From NCBI GenBank assembly GCA_035562415.1, contig DATMWY010000247.1, forward strand, positions 1 through 44,163: a DNA stretch of 44,163 nt, given 5' to 3'. Shown here piece by piece: positions 29,879 to 38,069 of the stretch (positions are counted from its first letter, which is position 1; every line of letters starts with the position of its first letter). The notes beneath the pieces are model-generated. The model was not told the origin of the DNA, ran no database searches, and worked only from the letters and a program-made list of their open reading frames with translations. The stretch comes from Candidatus Deferrimicrobium sp. GTDB lineage: Bacteria > Zixibacteria > MSB-5A5 > GN15 > FEB-12. Made by a program: the position numbers and the translations under genes.

Positions 29879-31146
29879 ATTGCTCAGCTCCCAAAACTGA
29901 CCCGGCCAACGGACCGGCGCTCGAATCCGAGCCGCTCTCGAAAATTCTCGTGGTTGATGACGACGATGATCTGCTGGACGCGGTGACGACCCAATTCGCT
30001 TCTACCTACGAAGTCCATACGGCTTCGAACGGTGCGGAGGGTCTGCAGCGCTTGAGCACCAACGGTCCGTTCTCGGTCATCGTCTCCGACATGCAGATGC
30101 CGGAAATGAACGGGATTGACCTGCTGCGCCACGCACGTGCCCTTTGCCCCGACACGGTGCGCGTCATGATGACCGCTTACGGCGATCTGAACACAGCCAT
30201 ACGTGCCGTGAACGACGGGTACGTTTTCCGCTTTGTGGTCAAACCGTTCCGCCGCGAGGAAATGGCCGGTGTCCTTGAAATTGCTGTAGCTCAATATCGT
30301 CTTGTCACCGCAGAACGGGAGTTGCTCGAACGTACGCTCCTTGGCGCAATCCAGGCTCTCATCGATGTGCTCGCGCTCACGAACCCGCTGGCATTCGGGC
30401 GCGCGTCCCGCCTTCGCTCGTACGCACGGCAGGTGTCGGAAGGCCTGAACGTAGAGTCGGCGTGGGAGGTTGAACTCGCGGCGCTCATGTCGCAAATCGG
30501 ATGCGTCACCATCCCCTCGGATATCATTGCCAAGGCCTATTCCGGCGATAATTTGCTGCCGGAGGAGCAGACCCAGTATTCACGGCTGCCGGAAGTGAGC
30601 GCATCCCTCATAGCCCACATTCCCCGCCTGGAGCGCGTGGCTCGGATCATTTCGCTGTTATCTCATCGCTCGCGTGGACAGGTGCCTCCTGCCCCAAGTG
30701 CGAGCGGCCCGGCAGATTTCGAATCGACGGCCGCCAGTATTCTCGCGGCGACAATGGATCTCGAAGCGCTGCTGGCGCGCGGATTTTCCAAGTCCAGGGC
30801 CCTGGGAGAGCTTCAGAAGCAGAAAACGTTGTATGAACCGCGCGTGTTCAGGTCCCTTTTCGCTCTCGAAGTCGTAGCTTCAGACCGGAAAATGGCGGTC
30901 GTGAATATCTGCGACCTGAACAATACCATGGTGATCCGGCAGAATATCTACGCGGACAATGGCCTCCTCGTTATCGGTGAGGGTCAACAGGTGACTTTGG
31001 CCATGAGAGAACTGTTGCGAACCTATTACGAACGCGGCGCCATACCCGAAGTGGTGGACGTCTGGGTCTCGGCTGAAACTTCGAAATCGCTGGTGGAGGA
31101 CATCGTTCCTCGCCAGTCCAGAGGACGTACGCCGGCCAAAGCGTAG
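29875..31146 (+). CDS. response regulator with a degenerate HD-GYP-like output domain
   Basis: Receiver (ILVVDDDDD, VIVSDMQMPEMNG, VKPF). The output domain aligns by eye to RpfG-type HD-GYP, but the HD dyad reads SQ (AALMSQIGCVTIP) and no HHE/GYP motif is visible. ATGA overlap with the upstream gene. Confidence 0.65.
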   Translation: MNCSAPKTDPANGPALESEPLSKILVVDDDDDLLDAVTTQFASTYEVHTASNGAEGLQRLSTNGPFSVIVSDMQMPEMNGIDLLRHARALCPDTVRVMMTAYGDLNTAIRAVNDGYVFRFVVKPFRREEMAGVLEIAVAQYRLVTAERELLERTLLGAIQALIDVLALTNPLAFGRASRLRSYARQVSEGLNVESAWEVELAALMSQIGCVTIPSDIIAKAYSGDNLLPEEQTQYSRLPEVSASLIAHIPRLERVARIISLLSHRSRGQVPPAPSASGPADFESTAASILAATMDLEALLARGFSKSRALGELQKQKTLYEPRVFRSLFALEVVASDRKMAVVNICDLNNTMVIRQNIYADNGLLVIGEGQQVTLAMRELLRTYYERGAIPEVVDVWVSAETSKSLVEDIVPRQSRGRTPAKA

Positions 31147-31147
31147 C

Positions 31148-32119
31148 TTACCGCGCCGGCAGAAGATCGGGGTTGCTCTGACGGATCATGTCAAGGTAGC
31201 CCATGCCGCGCGGGCCGAAATAGGCTTCCTCGGACGAATAGACTTTATCCTGCAAGGCGTAGTCCAGCTCAACAAACCGATATCCGAGCCATTTCAGTCG
31301 GGTCAGCAGCATGTCCAATGATTCCGCGTTGAGGCGATTGGCACGGAGCTGCAGGATGTGGCGGCAGGATCGGTGAAGCAGATCCCGGGCCAGCTCCTCG
31401 CTGCGCTCGACCCTGCCGACGACATGAGCGAGATACTCGTTGCGCAGCGCAGTAACTTTGGCCGTATCCGGCCGGTCACCGAGCTTCTCAAACGACAGAT
31501 TGTACAGATAATCGTCAACGACGACGGTCGCATGTACCACGACCATCTGCATTTCGTCAAGATACTCCCTGACCTGCTGTTTGATGGCCAGCGTGTTGCC
31601 GTAATGCAGGTACGGGTAGCGAAAATAGCGCTTGTTCTGGCCAAAGCCGTCCAGCATCGGCTCCAGGGCCTGGTTGCCGGCGGCAACGTCTTGAAGGAAT
31701 TTGTCGGGGCTCAATTGATTGAGGTCTTCATGTGAGTAGGTGAGATTGCCCAGCAGGTGCCCGTCGTTCAGCCAGGAGCCGAGCAGGTCAAAGCTGGTGC
31801 CGATCTGGCTGCCGACCACAAAGCCGGCCGCTTTCACCTCGTGTTTTCGCAATGCGGCGAGGATCTTATCCGTGACTTCCTGCCGGTTAATCTCGGTGAA
31901 TGATTCGGCCACCGGCAGTTGATCAAACGTGATGCATATCTCCTTACTCGGCGCTTTTTCCCCGGCAAACAGAACGCGAGGGGCTGTAGCGGCGACGAAT
32001 ATGACAACACCAGCCACACGAAGAGACCATGAATGATGCATTCGACTGTGATACATCGTGTTTGATTGGAATTTCATCATTTGCTTCACGCTCTTCGTCA
32101 CAGACTGTCTTTTGTCCAC
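31148..32119 (-). CDS. polysaccharide deacetylase (NodB-homology)-like secreted protein
   Basis: Signal/TM segment, then ICITFDQLP (a variant of the TFDD motif), YPYLHYG and later H-containing motifs. The start codon is uncertain. Confidence 0.55.
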   Translation of the reverse strand: MDKRQSVTKSVKQMMKFQSNTMYHSRMHHSWSLRVAGVVIFVAATAPRVLFAGEKAPSKEICITFDQLPVAESFTEINRQEVTDKILAALRKHEVKAAGFVVGSQIGTSFDLLGSWLNDGHLLGNLTYSHEDLNQLSPDKFLQDVAAGNQALEPMLDGFGQNKRYFRYPYLHYGNTLAIKQQVREYLDEMQMVVVHATVVVDDYLYNLSFEKLGDRPDTAKVTALRNEYLAHVVGRVERSEELARDLLHRSCRHILQLRANRLNAESLDMLLTRLKWLGYRFVELDYALQDKVYSSEEAYFGPRGMGYLDMIRQSNPDLLPAR

Positions 32120-32358
32120 ATTGCGTTGTTTGCCTTCCGCGAATCAACAAAAAGTTTGAACGTCATACGTGAGACATCGCCGCAAGTCTTTGTTATACAT
32201 AACGATAACAAGGCGACGAGCTGTCCCGGTCTTTTTTTATAGACCGAGCCATTGCATTTTGGACTGCGATCCGCTATATTCGACTCGCCGTGTCCGAACC
32301 TTTGGAAGGCGCAGGTGTAAGTATACGGGATGTGTGGATGGCAATGGAAGTGATACAT

Positions 32359-32727
32359 ATGAACAAAAAGGTAATTATCGCCGCCAACAACATGATCTTT
32401 ACGTCCAAGATCATGACGGTGCTGGATCGTCTCGAGGCCGAAGGAATCAAAGCGATTCGCTCCGACGAAATCTTCAGCATTGCCCAGGAGAAACGACCTG
32501 ACCTTATTATTATCGACCTGAACCTCAACGGCATTGAGGCGCCGGCGCTGATCAACAAACTCAGGTCCTACGGCGCCACGCAGAAAATCCCTATTGTCTG
32601 TTATTCGCCTCACGTTTTGAAGGATCAGATGAAGGCCGCGCTTTCGGCCGGGGCCACGGAAGTATTCCCCAATTCCCAGATGAGTTCCCGGATGAATCAG
32701 ATTCTCGGGAAGTACATTCAGAACTGA
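32359..32727 (+). CDS. stand-alone receiver-like (pseudo-receiver) protein
   Basis: CheY-like (beta-alpha)5 pattern starting at MNKKVIIAANN. The DLIIIDLNL aspartate is retained, but the acidic pair (AANN) and the conserved Lys context (EVFPNS) are missing. Confidence 0.55.
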   Translation: MNKKVIIAANNMIFTSKIMTVLDRLEAEGIKAIRSDEIFSIAQEKRPDLIIIDLNLNGIEAPALINKLRSYGATQKIPIVCYSPHVLKDQMKAALSAGATEVFPNSQMSSRMNQILGKYIQN

Positions 32728-32747
32728 CGAAGCCCCTGAAACCTCTT

Positions 32748-32776
32748 AAGCCGGGTGTTATCGCCCGGCTTTTTTC
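32748..32776 (+). terminator. rho-independent terminator
   Basis: aagccggg-tgttatcg-cccggctt followed by ttttt, 21 nt after the stop codon. Confidence 0.65.
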
Positions 32777-32806
32777 GTGGTTGGCTGAAATAATCGGCGA
32801 CCGGAT

Positions 32807-33799
32807 CTACTGTGGCCCCTCAATTACAAGCGTTTGACATTCGGGCTTATGGATAAAGCAATATCTGAATTTGATGATGACGAATTGTCCAACCGGCTGG
32901 CGGTCATCGACCGCTGGAGCAAAGCGCCATTTGGGCAAGACATCGAGAAGGTTAATGGCGAAGCCGTACTGTTTTGGATTTTCTCGCAATACCAGATTGG
33001 GTAACTCATTATGCGACGAGCACGAGTCAATGTAAACCTTGAGCTGAGCCGAATCACCATTATGCCACCGACAGCTGAAGTACTGAGTCTCAAGTGCATT
33101 TGACGATTGACCGGGCCGCTCCACGTAGGGTGCGGCCTGATCCCATGTATCAATGTGGGCTGAGAAGGGCGTTGCCTGACCTGCTGCATCGATGTAGAGC
33201 AGGACATCGACTTCCCCCTCTCGCCCGTATTGCTGTGCAAGCTCGGGCACTTCGGGGTCGACTTTCCTCACCAGCCGTACATTTTGTTTCACCGACTCGC
33301 CATGCTCCGGCCCCAGGGCTAAATCAAATATAGAGATGGCACGCTCATCTATGTAGAGGGGACCATCGAAGCCAGAAATCGCAATACCGTCACAGCCTCC
33401 GATCGTATCTTCACCAGTACCACCCTCATTGGGTGCAAAAGATGGAACGTCGTCACCCGGCAACGGAGGAGCTGCAAGCGTGTACACCGGCATCGGGCTT
33501 ACCTGAAGGAGCTCGGGTCGCTGTTCAGGAACAACTTTAAGCCCTGTGAAACCCAAGAATCCTTCATGTTTAGCCGGCAAGGTCCAGCCGTTTTCGGAAT
33601 GCCAAGCGGGTTGAACAGGAGTGTTGTCCAACATTGACTCGGTCACCTGCAAGTCGGCTGTTTGAGCCGTCGCGCCAGTTGACGCAGGCCTTTCAGCATC
33701 AAGGAAAACAGCGCAGAGGAAACCTATGATTACGGCCGTTAACATGCCATCGAGCATGTTCGATTGATACTCTGCTTGCATATCACTTGGCCGCCTCAC
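32807..33799 (-). CDS. TonB C-terminal-domain-like envelope protein
   Basis: One N-terminal TM helix and a Pro-containing linker. The C-terminal VRKVDPEVPELAQQYGREGEVDVLLYIDAAGQ ... LPKWRFAPAVDDRQPVGQFVIIKFRY resembles the TonB_C fold pattern. GTG 33799 is preferred (GGAGG 8 nt upstream) over the track start at 33808. Confidence 0.5.
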   Translation of the reverse strand: MRRPSDMQAEYQSNMLDGMLTAVIIGFLCAVFLDAERPASTGATAQTADLQVTESMLDNTPVQPAWHSENGWTLPAKHEGFLGFTGLKVVPEQRPELLQVSPMPVYTLAAPPLPGDDVPSFAPNEGGTGEDTIGGCDGIAISGFDGPLYIDERAISIFDLALGPEHGESVKQNVRLVRKVDPEVPELAQQYGREGEVDVLLYIDAAGQATPFSAHIDTWDQAAPYVERPGQSSNALETQYFSCRWHNGDSAQLKVYIDSCSSHNELPNLVLRENPKQYGFAINLLDVLPKWRFAPAVDDRQPVGQFVIIKFRYCFIHKPECQTLVIEGPQ

Positions 33800-33814
33800 G
33801 AATCTCACCTCCCT

Positions 33815-33928
33815 TCACGGTACATGCGAGCCGTTCATGTCGATAATATTCCGTTCCCCGACAATGATCCCGAATTCGGGTTCAAAGTCGGGGAAGCGGA
33901 TTTGCAGTCGTTCTTCAGTATTTGCCAT
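33815..33928 (-). CDS. possible 37-aa ORF (not in the track; weak)
   Basis: Hand translation gives MANTEERLQIRFPDFEPEFGIIVGERNIIDMNGSHVP. There is a weak AAAGG 6 nt upstream. Its stop lies 15 nt (33800-33814) before the GTG of the TonB-like gene, and the GGAGG that serves that gene sits directly after the stop. Confidence 0.25.
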   Translation of the reverse strand: MANTEERLQIRFPDFEPEFGIIVGERNIIDMNGSHVP

Positions 33929-33951
33929 GCCTAGCCTTTGGAGGTGCGCCT

Positions 33952-34149
33952 TTAGGTCAGGGTGAGGATTTCACCTTTAAGGCTTGACAACAAGCTCCAA
34001 AACGATATTCCGAGACACCCGAAAGCGTCCCAGAACCAGTCGGTGCTGCTCCCGTCTAAGAGGCGGGAGCACGACCCGGCGACCGCAGATTGAACGAAAG
34101 TTGCAGCCATCACAACAATCATAATCATCGCCAAAATCTTCTTTTTCAT
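33952..34149 (-). CDS. small secreted two-Cys peptide (65-aa precursor, ~41-aa mature form)
   Basis: AGGAG 6 nt upstream of the ATG. Sec-type signal MKKKILAMIMIVVMAATFVQSAVA. Mature part GSCSRLLDGSSTDWFWDAFGCLGISFWSLLSSLKGEILTLT is Trp/Phe-rich with 2 Cys. Confidence 0.55.
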   Translation of the reverse strand: MKKKILAMIMIVVMAATFVQSAVAGSCSRLLDGSSTDWFWDAFGCLGISFWSLLSSLKGEILTLT

Positions 34150-34199
34150 GACTTCTCCTTTTGCGTCTTGTGGTTAAGGGTTGGACGTCCGAAAACCTC

Positions 34200-34766
34200 C
34201 TACTGACGACTCAATATACTGCCCACATCACCTCCTTCCTGTAGAACAGCGGTTAAGGGAGGATACTTGGCCAGCCCGGTGAACTTAACACTGACGGTCG
34301 AGTCTGCGCCAACAGCAAATGTGAGCAGGTCGAAAGAATCGCACTCACATTCAATTGGTGCAGTCAATACACTCATCGTGCTATGGCAACTCTGGAATCC
34401 GCGTGTACTGTTTGGGAGGACCTGGATAGCAAGGCTGACCCCGCGAACCTTGTCTCGCAGATCAAGTGAATCAACCTTGCGCCAATACATATCGGCGTGG
34501 TGAACGATCAATGCATTCACCGACTCATACTGGTTGGACGGGATGACATAGGCCGAATCCAAATCCTGTCGAGCCGAAGCTTGCGCGGCCAGCAGCTGCC
34601 GCTGATACTCATGGCGTTCCCGAATCATTCGATGTTGCACTGCCAAGAGCATGACAGCTAGCGCCAGCCCGAGCAGGGCGAAACCATTACGACTCCAGCG
34701 CCAGGCTCGGTGCCATTTAGTACGTGCCCGCAAAACATGGCGAGCTTCCCTTTCGCTTAGTTGCAT
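34200..34766 (-). CDS. hypothetical single-pass membrane protein
   Basis: AGGAG 7 nt upstream. Basic cytoplasmic N-terminus, one TM helix (GFALLGLALAVMLLAV) and a ~120-aa extracytoplasmic domain containing CECD. It is the first sizeable ORF after the sigma-54 promoter at 35122-35138. Confidence 0.5.
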   Translation of the reverse strand: MQLSEREARHVLRARTKWHRAWRWSRNGFALLGLALAVMLLAVQHRMIRERHEYQRQLLAAQASARQDLDSAYVIPSNQYESVNALIVHHADMYWRKVDSLDLRDKVRGVSLAIQVLPNSTRGFQSCHSTMSVLTAPIECECDSFDLLTFAVGADSTVSVKFTGLAKYPPLTAVLQEGGDVGSILSRQ

Positions 34767-34838
34767 ACCAGACTCCTATAGCACCCGCATTTCGTGTTTC
34801 TCGCAGGGCTGTCGAAGTAGCGGCACTTCCACTTGGTG

Positions 34839-34883
34839 TCACACGAGCAGAGTGTCCTTTATCACGTTTCGCGTGACTTTCAT
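34839..34883 (-). CDS. 14-codon leader mini-ORF (speculative)
   Basis: GGAGGTTAG-N5-ATG gives MKVTRNVIKDTLLV. The same GGAGGTTAG-N5-ATG block occurs in the paralogous leader at 41838-41851, where the ORF is only 3 codons long. Confidence 0.2.
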   Translation of the reverse strand: MKVTRNVIKDTLLV

Positions 34884-35121
34884 GAAGCTAACCTCCGTCT
34901 AATGTTTGCCGAGTTATTAATTGCTGCGTAACGGCTTTCTCCAATTCTCCATGGGGGTCAATTACATCATGCCATGTATGTTACTTCCTTTCAGTTATCA
35001 TACCATAGCTGGGCCCAGGCCGGGCGGAGGCGGTTGGCTTGCCGTTGGTCCCACACCCGGCCCGTCAGTGGTCACGCCTGAAACCAGGAAACGGTCGTTC
35101 TGTTTGCACGATAGAATTACA

Positions 35122-35138
35122 GGCAACTAGCGTGCCAA
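35122..35138 (-). promoter_or_regulatory. sigma-54 (-24/-12) promoter
   Basis: The minus strand reads tTGGCACgctagTTGCc. This fits TGGCAC-N5-TTGC with GG and GC correctly spaced. It faces the 34766-32807 operon. Confidence 0.7.
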
Positions 35139-35246
35139 TTTGACGGATGCGAGCGACCGAATTGCCTAACCGACTGAATGACAATCGAATGCGATGCGAT
35201 AAAAGACGTGAGAAGGCAATGATTTATCTTCGCAGTGCGTTGATCA

Positions 35247-35352
35247 TTACGAGCTGTTTTACGAGGAGAATGTGATCTACAATCCTAAGTGGCAAAGACT
35301 CAATGAGATCGCTGGCGTTTGCGGGTTACGAATGAATTCGTAAAATTCGTAA
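35247..35352 (-). promoter_or_regulatory. putative enhancer (UAS): five TTACGA(A/G) half-sites including an 18-bp palindrome
   Basis: TTACGAG at 35247 and 35259 (12-nt spacing). TTACGAAT-ga-ATTCGTAA at 35326-35343, plus an extra ATTCGTAA at 35345-35352. These lie 110-215 bp upstream of the -24 element and are duplicated collinearly at 42106-42211. Confidence 0.55.
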
Positions 35353-35408
35353 TGGAGCCTGATCGATTGAGAGGTTTAAACAATGAGTGGAAGACGACCG
35401 GTCGCCTA

Positions 35409-37538
35409 CTACAGCCCCAGCTTGCGCCGGCGATGACGAACCGTCCCCTCGCTCACACCCAGCAACTCCGCCGCTCTGCTTTGATTCCCCCCTGATCGCA
35501 CTATTGCTGCTTCCAAGTCCTCCCGCTGGCGCTCTTGCTCCTGCTCGCGGGCACGCTGCAAAATTTTCACCGAGTCCTGCCCCGCCTCTGTCCACAAGCG
35601 CTGCACCAGCGCCTGCAACTGCCGTACATTCCCCGGCCAACTCCACTGCGACAGCAGCTCGCCTAACTCAGAAATAGCCGTCTCATTTCCGCCTGTCAGA
35701 TCAAACCCGGCAAACGTCAAGAAATGCCGCACCAACGCCGGAATATCTTCTCTGCGCGCATCTAATGGCGACAACACGATCGGAATCTGGTTCAACCGAT
35801 GATACAAATCGAGCCGCAGCCGTCCGATGCGCAACAGCTCCTGGACATCAGTACTGCTGGCTGCGATCAATCTGAAATTGACCGCCCGCCGCTCATTCTC
35901 TCCCAGTCGCCGGACACACCGTGTTTCCAGGACTTCCAAAAGCTTCGCCTGCACTGCCGATGACGCCTCCGCCACTTCATTGAGAAACAACGTTCCCTCC
36001 GCGGCTTCGGCGATCAGCCCCGGACGATCCTCACTGCCGGTAAACGCCCCTTTCGTGCATCCAAAGAGCTCCGCCTCGGCCAGTGCATCGGGGATCGTCG
36101 CCATGTTCACGATCACCAGTTTGCCGGTACGTCCGCTGCAATAATGGACATATCGAGCAAATAAATCTTTGCCGGTGCCCGTCGCCCCCGACAAAAGCAC
36201 GGTCATTTCCGACGGCGCGATGTTTTCGACCAGGGCCACGATCTTCTTCATCGCCGGACTCACCGCCACCACGACCGGGCGCGCCGCGTCGGCTGTCTTC
36301 GTTTTTGCGGGAGGCAGGACGTGCACGCGAAGTTGGGCATCGATCTTGTCCACGTAGTGCGTGACATCCTCCGCGGCAAAATACTCCCGCGCCAGATACA
36401 GCATAGCCGTTCGCTCGGTTTCAGCGTGCAGCCCTGACGTGGCCGCGAGATAGCGCGTCACCGCCAGCTCGTAGCGCGAGCCGACGAGGTTGAACATGTC
36501 CATCGCCTTCCCGTACCACTGGCGCGCTTTGTCCGCGTCACCCCGATGAGCTTCCACCTGCGCAAAAACACGATGACAGGCCGCGATCTCGACTCGCTCG
36601 TTGATCTTCTCGGCGACCACCAGCGCCTCGGAGGCGAATTGCTCAGCCAGTTGAAACTTGTTCGTGGCGACATAGAGGTCCCCAAACAGCCGTTTGATCT
36701 GCGATACGAGAGCCGACTCCGGCGCGATCTTGATAGAAATCTCTAACCCGGCTTTGAGCGCCTTCTCGGCGGCGGGGTAGTCTCTGTCCAGGATGCAAAT
36801 CAGGCCGAGATTTTCGTAGTAGATCGCTTTCTCTCTGATGTACTTATCGAGATACGGCCGGCACTTGGCGATCGTCTTTCTGGCCGTGGCGATATCGCCT
36901 TTGTAGGCCAGAGGGAGAGGAAACATCTCGGTGTAAATGAGGACATTCTTTTCACCGGTAGATTCAATCCGCTCGGCAATATCAGCGTATACGATCCGTG
37001 ATTCGCGAATGGCCCCCGTCATAAAAAGCAAATAGGCGAGGTTACTTGATGCAACAGTCGCACCGTGATCGTAATGTAACTGACAGTATATGTCGATGCA
37101 CTTCCGGAGGTTGGAAATGGACGACTCAAGGTGTCCCAATATCAACAACACATACGATAACTGATTAAGGGCGCGGGCAGAACCTTTCAAATCCCGGCAT
37201 CTCAAAAAGTTCACGTGAGCCTCAAGTAAGACCTCCTGTGCCTCTGCGTGCCTGCTCAGTGCCGAGAGAAGCCATCCTTTGAGGAACTTCGCCCAAGCAA
37301 ATATGTCCGTTCGTTCGCTACCCCGAAACTTCTCGATCACTTCATCGATAAGATTGCCAACGGAATAGTCACCCAGATACAAGGACGCTTCTGCAGTCAG
37401 AAGAGAATGATGCCCTATTTCTGCCGCACCGAGGCCGGCGACATCAATGTTCTTCAGTTCGTTAAGAGCGTCACAATAGCGCTTATTGCGAACCAATTCC
37501 TCGATTGCTTGTAGGCTCTTCACGGTCTGGTTTGTCAT
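35409..37538 (-). CDS. sigma-54-dependent transcriptional activator with a ~400-aa N-terminal TPR-like domain
   Basis: Walker A GATGTGKD, sigma-54 contact loop GAFTGS, R-finger region LRLDLYHRL, and a C-terminal Fis-type HTH (GNQSRAAELLGVSEGTVRHRRRKLG). The N-terminus is made of TPR-like helical repeats, and there is no receiver domain. Confidence 0.9.
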   Translation of the reverse strand: MTNQTVKSLQAIEELVRNKRYCDALNELKNIDVAGLGAAEIGHHSLLTAEASLYLGDYSVGNLIDEVIEKFRGSERTDIFAWAKFLKGWLLSALSRHAEAQEVLLEAHVNFLRCRDLKGSARALNQLSYVLLILGHLESSISNLRKCIDIYCQLHYDHGATVASSNLAYLLFMTGAIRESRIVYADIAERIESTGEKNVLIYTEMFPLPLAYKGDIATARKTIAKCRPYLDKYIREKAIYYENLGLICILDRDYPAAEKALKAGLEISIKIAPESALVSQIKRLFGDLYVATNKFQLAEQFASEALVVAEKINERVEIAACHRVFAQVEAHRGDADKARQWYGKAMDMFNLVGSRYELAVTRYLAATSGLHAETERTAMLYLAREYFAAEDVTHYVDKIDAQLRVHVLPPAKTKTADAARPVVVAVSPAMKKIVALVENIAPSEMTVLLSGATGTGKDLFARYVHYCSGRTGKLVIVNMATIPDALAEAELFGCTKGAFTGSEDRPGLIAEAAEGTLFLNEVAEASSAVQAKLLEVLETRCVRRLGENERRAVNFRLIAASSTDVQELLRIGRLRLDLYHRLNQIPIVLSPLDARREDIPALVRHFLTFAGFDLTGGNETAISELGELLSQWSWPGNVRQLQALVQRLWTEAGQDSVKILQRAREQEQERQREDLEAAIVRSGGNQSRAAELLGVSEGTVRHRRRKLGL

Positions 37539-37812
37539 TTTCTACGGTCGCTTGCTTTTCATTCAAAAACTTGATCACGATGAAATAGTACGAGCCGAGT
37601 TCAAGGTAATAGTTCCAATTACTGAAGGACCACTGGCTGTCTGCGTAGATCTTGTGATCAGGTACTCCCCATCCCCCGTCATCCCCTTCACGTGCTCTGT
37701 CACTGCCAATGATTCGCGGCCAGCCGGGCCAGGAGGAGCGAGCGGAGAGAGGCGGCGAAAGGACGGTGAATAGAAACAGCCCCAGCAATGATAGCGCTGT
37801 TAACCTCTTCAT
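37483..37812 (-). CDS. hypothetical small secreted protein
   Basis: Signal peptide MKRLTALSLLGLFLFTVLSPPLSARS with a Trp/Tyr-rich mature part. Its 3' end overlaps the EBP start by 56 nt, which lowers confidence. Confidence 0.4.
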   Translation of the reverse strand: MKRLTALSLLGLFLFTVLSPPLSARSSWPGWPRIIGSDRAREGDDGGWGVPDHKIYADSQWSFSNWNYYLELGSYYFIVIKFLNEKQATVENDKPDREEPTSNRGIGSQ

Positions 37813-38069
37813 GTGATTCTCACCTTGCTTTCAAGAGCTTTTCCTGCGGTCCGGGCGTAATGCCCAAACCAGTCTCCTCCTCATTTGTCGGTAAAAAGAT
37901 ACACGACCCCCAACATGCTGTCAAGGGAAAAATTGACGCCGCGGCTGCTAATTTTCGCGTCGGTAGGCGCCGACCGTACCATCCGCCGGCGACGGCGTCA
38001 GTGCCAAAATACGGCACTCACTGGCGCGGTGCCACAGGGCTCGCCCGCGGCACCCCGCTTCCGGTTCGC

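Noticed and set aside
32107-32115. Isolated TTGTCCACA DnaA-box-like 9-mer.
   Set aside because: It is a single occurrence inside or at the start of a CDS and far from dnaA, which is expected by chance.
32098-32613. 171-aa minus-strand ORF overlapping the receiver-like gene.
   Set aside because: It has no motif, and the plus-strand frame shows a coherent CheY-like secondary-structure pattern followed by a terminator.
34651-35130. Plus-strand ORFs 34651-34902 and 34921-35130.
   Set aside because: They lie in the non-coding leader/promoter module, which is conserved at the DNA level rather than the protein level with 41.8-42.0 kb. They have no SD and run opposite to all surrounding genes.
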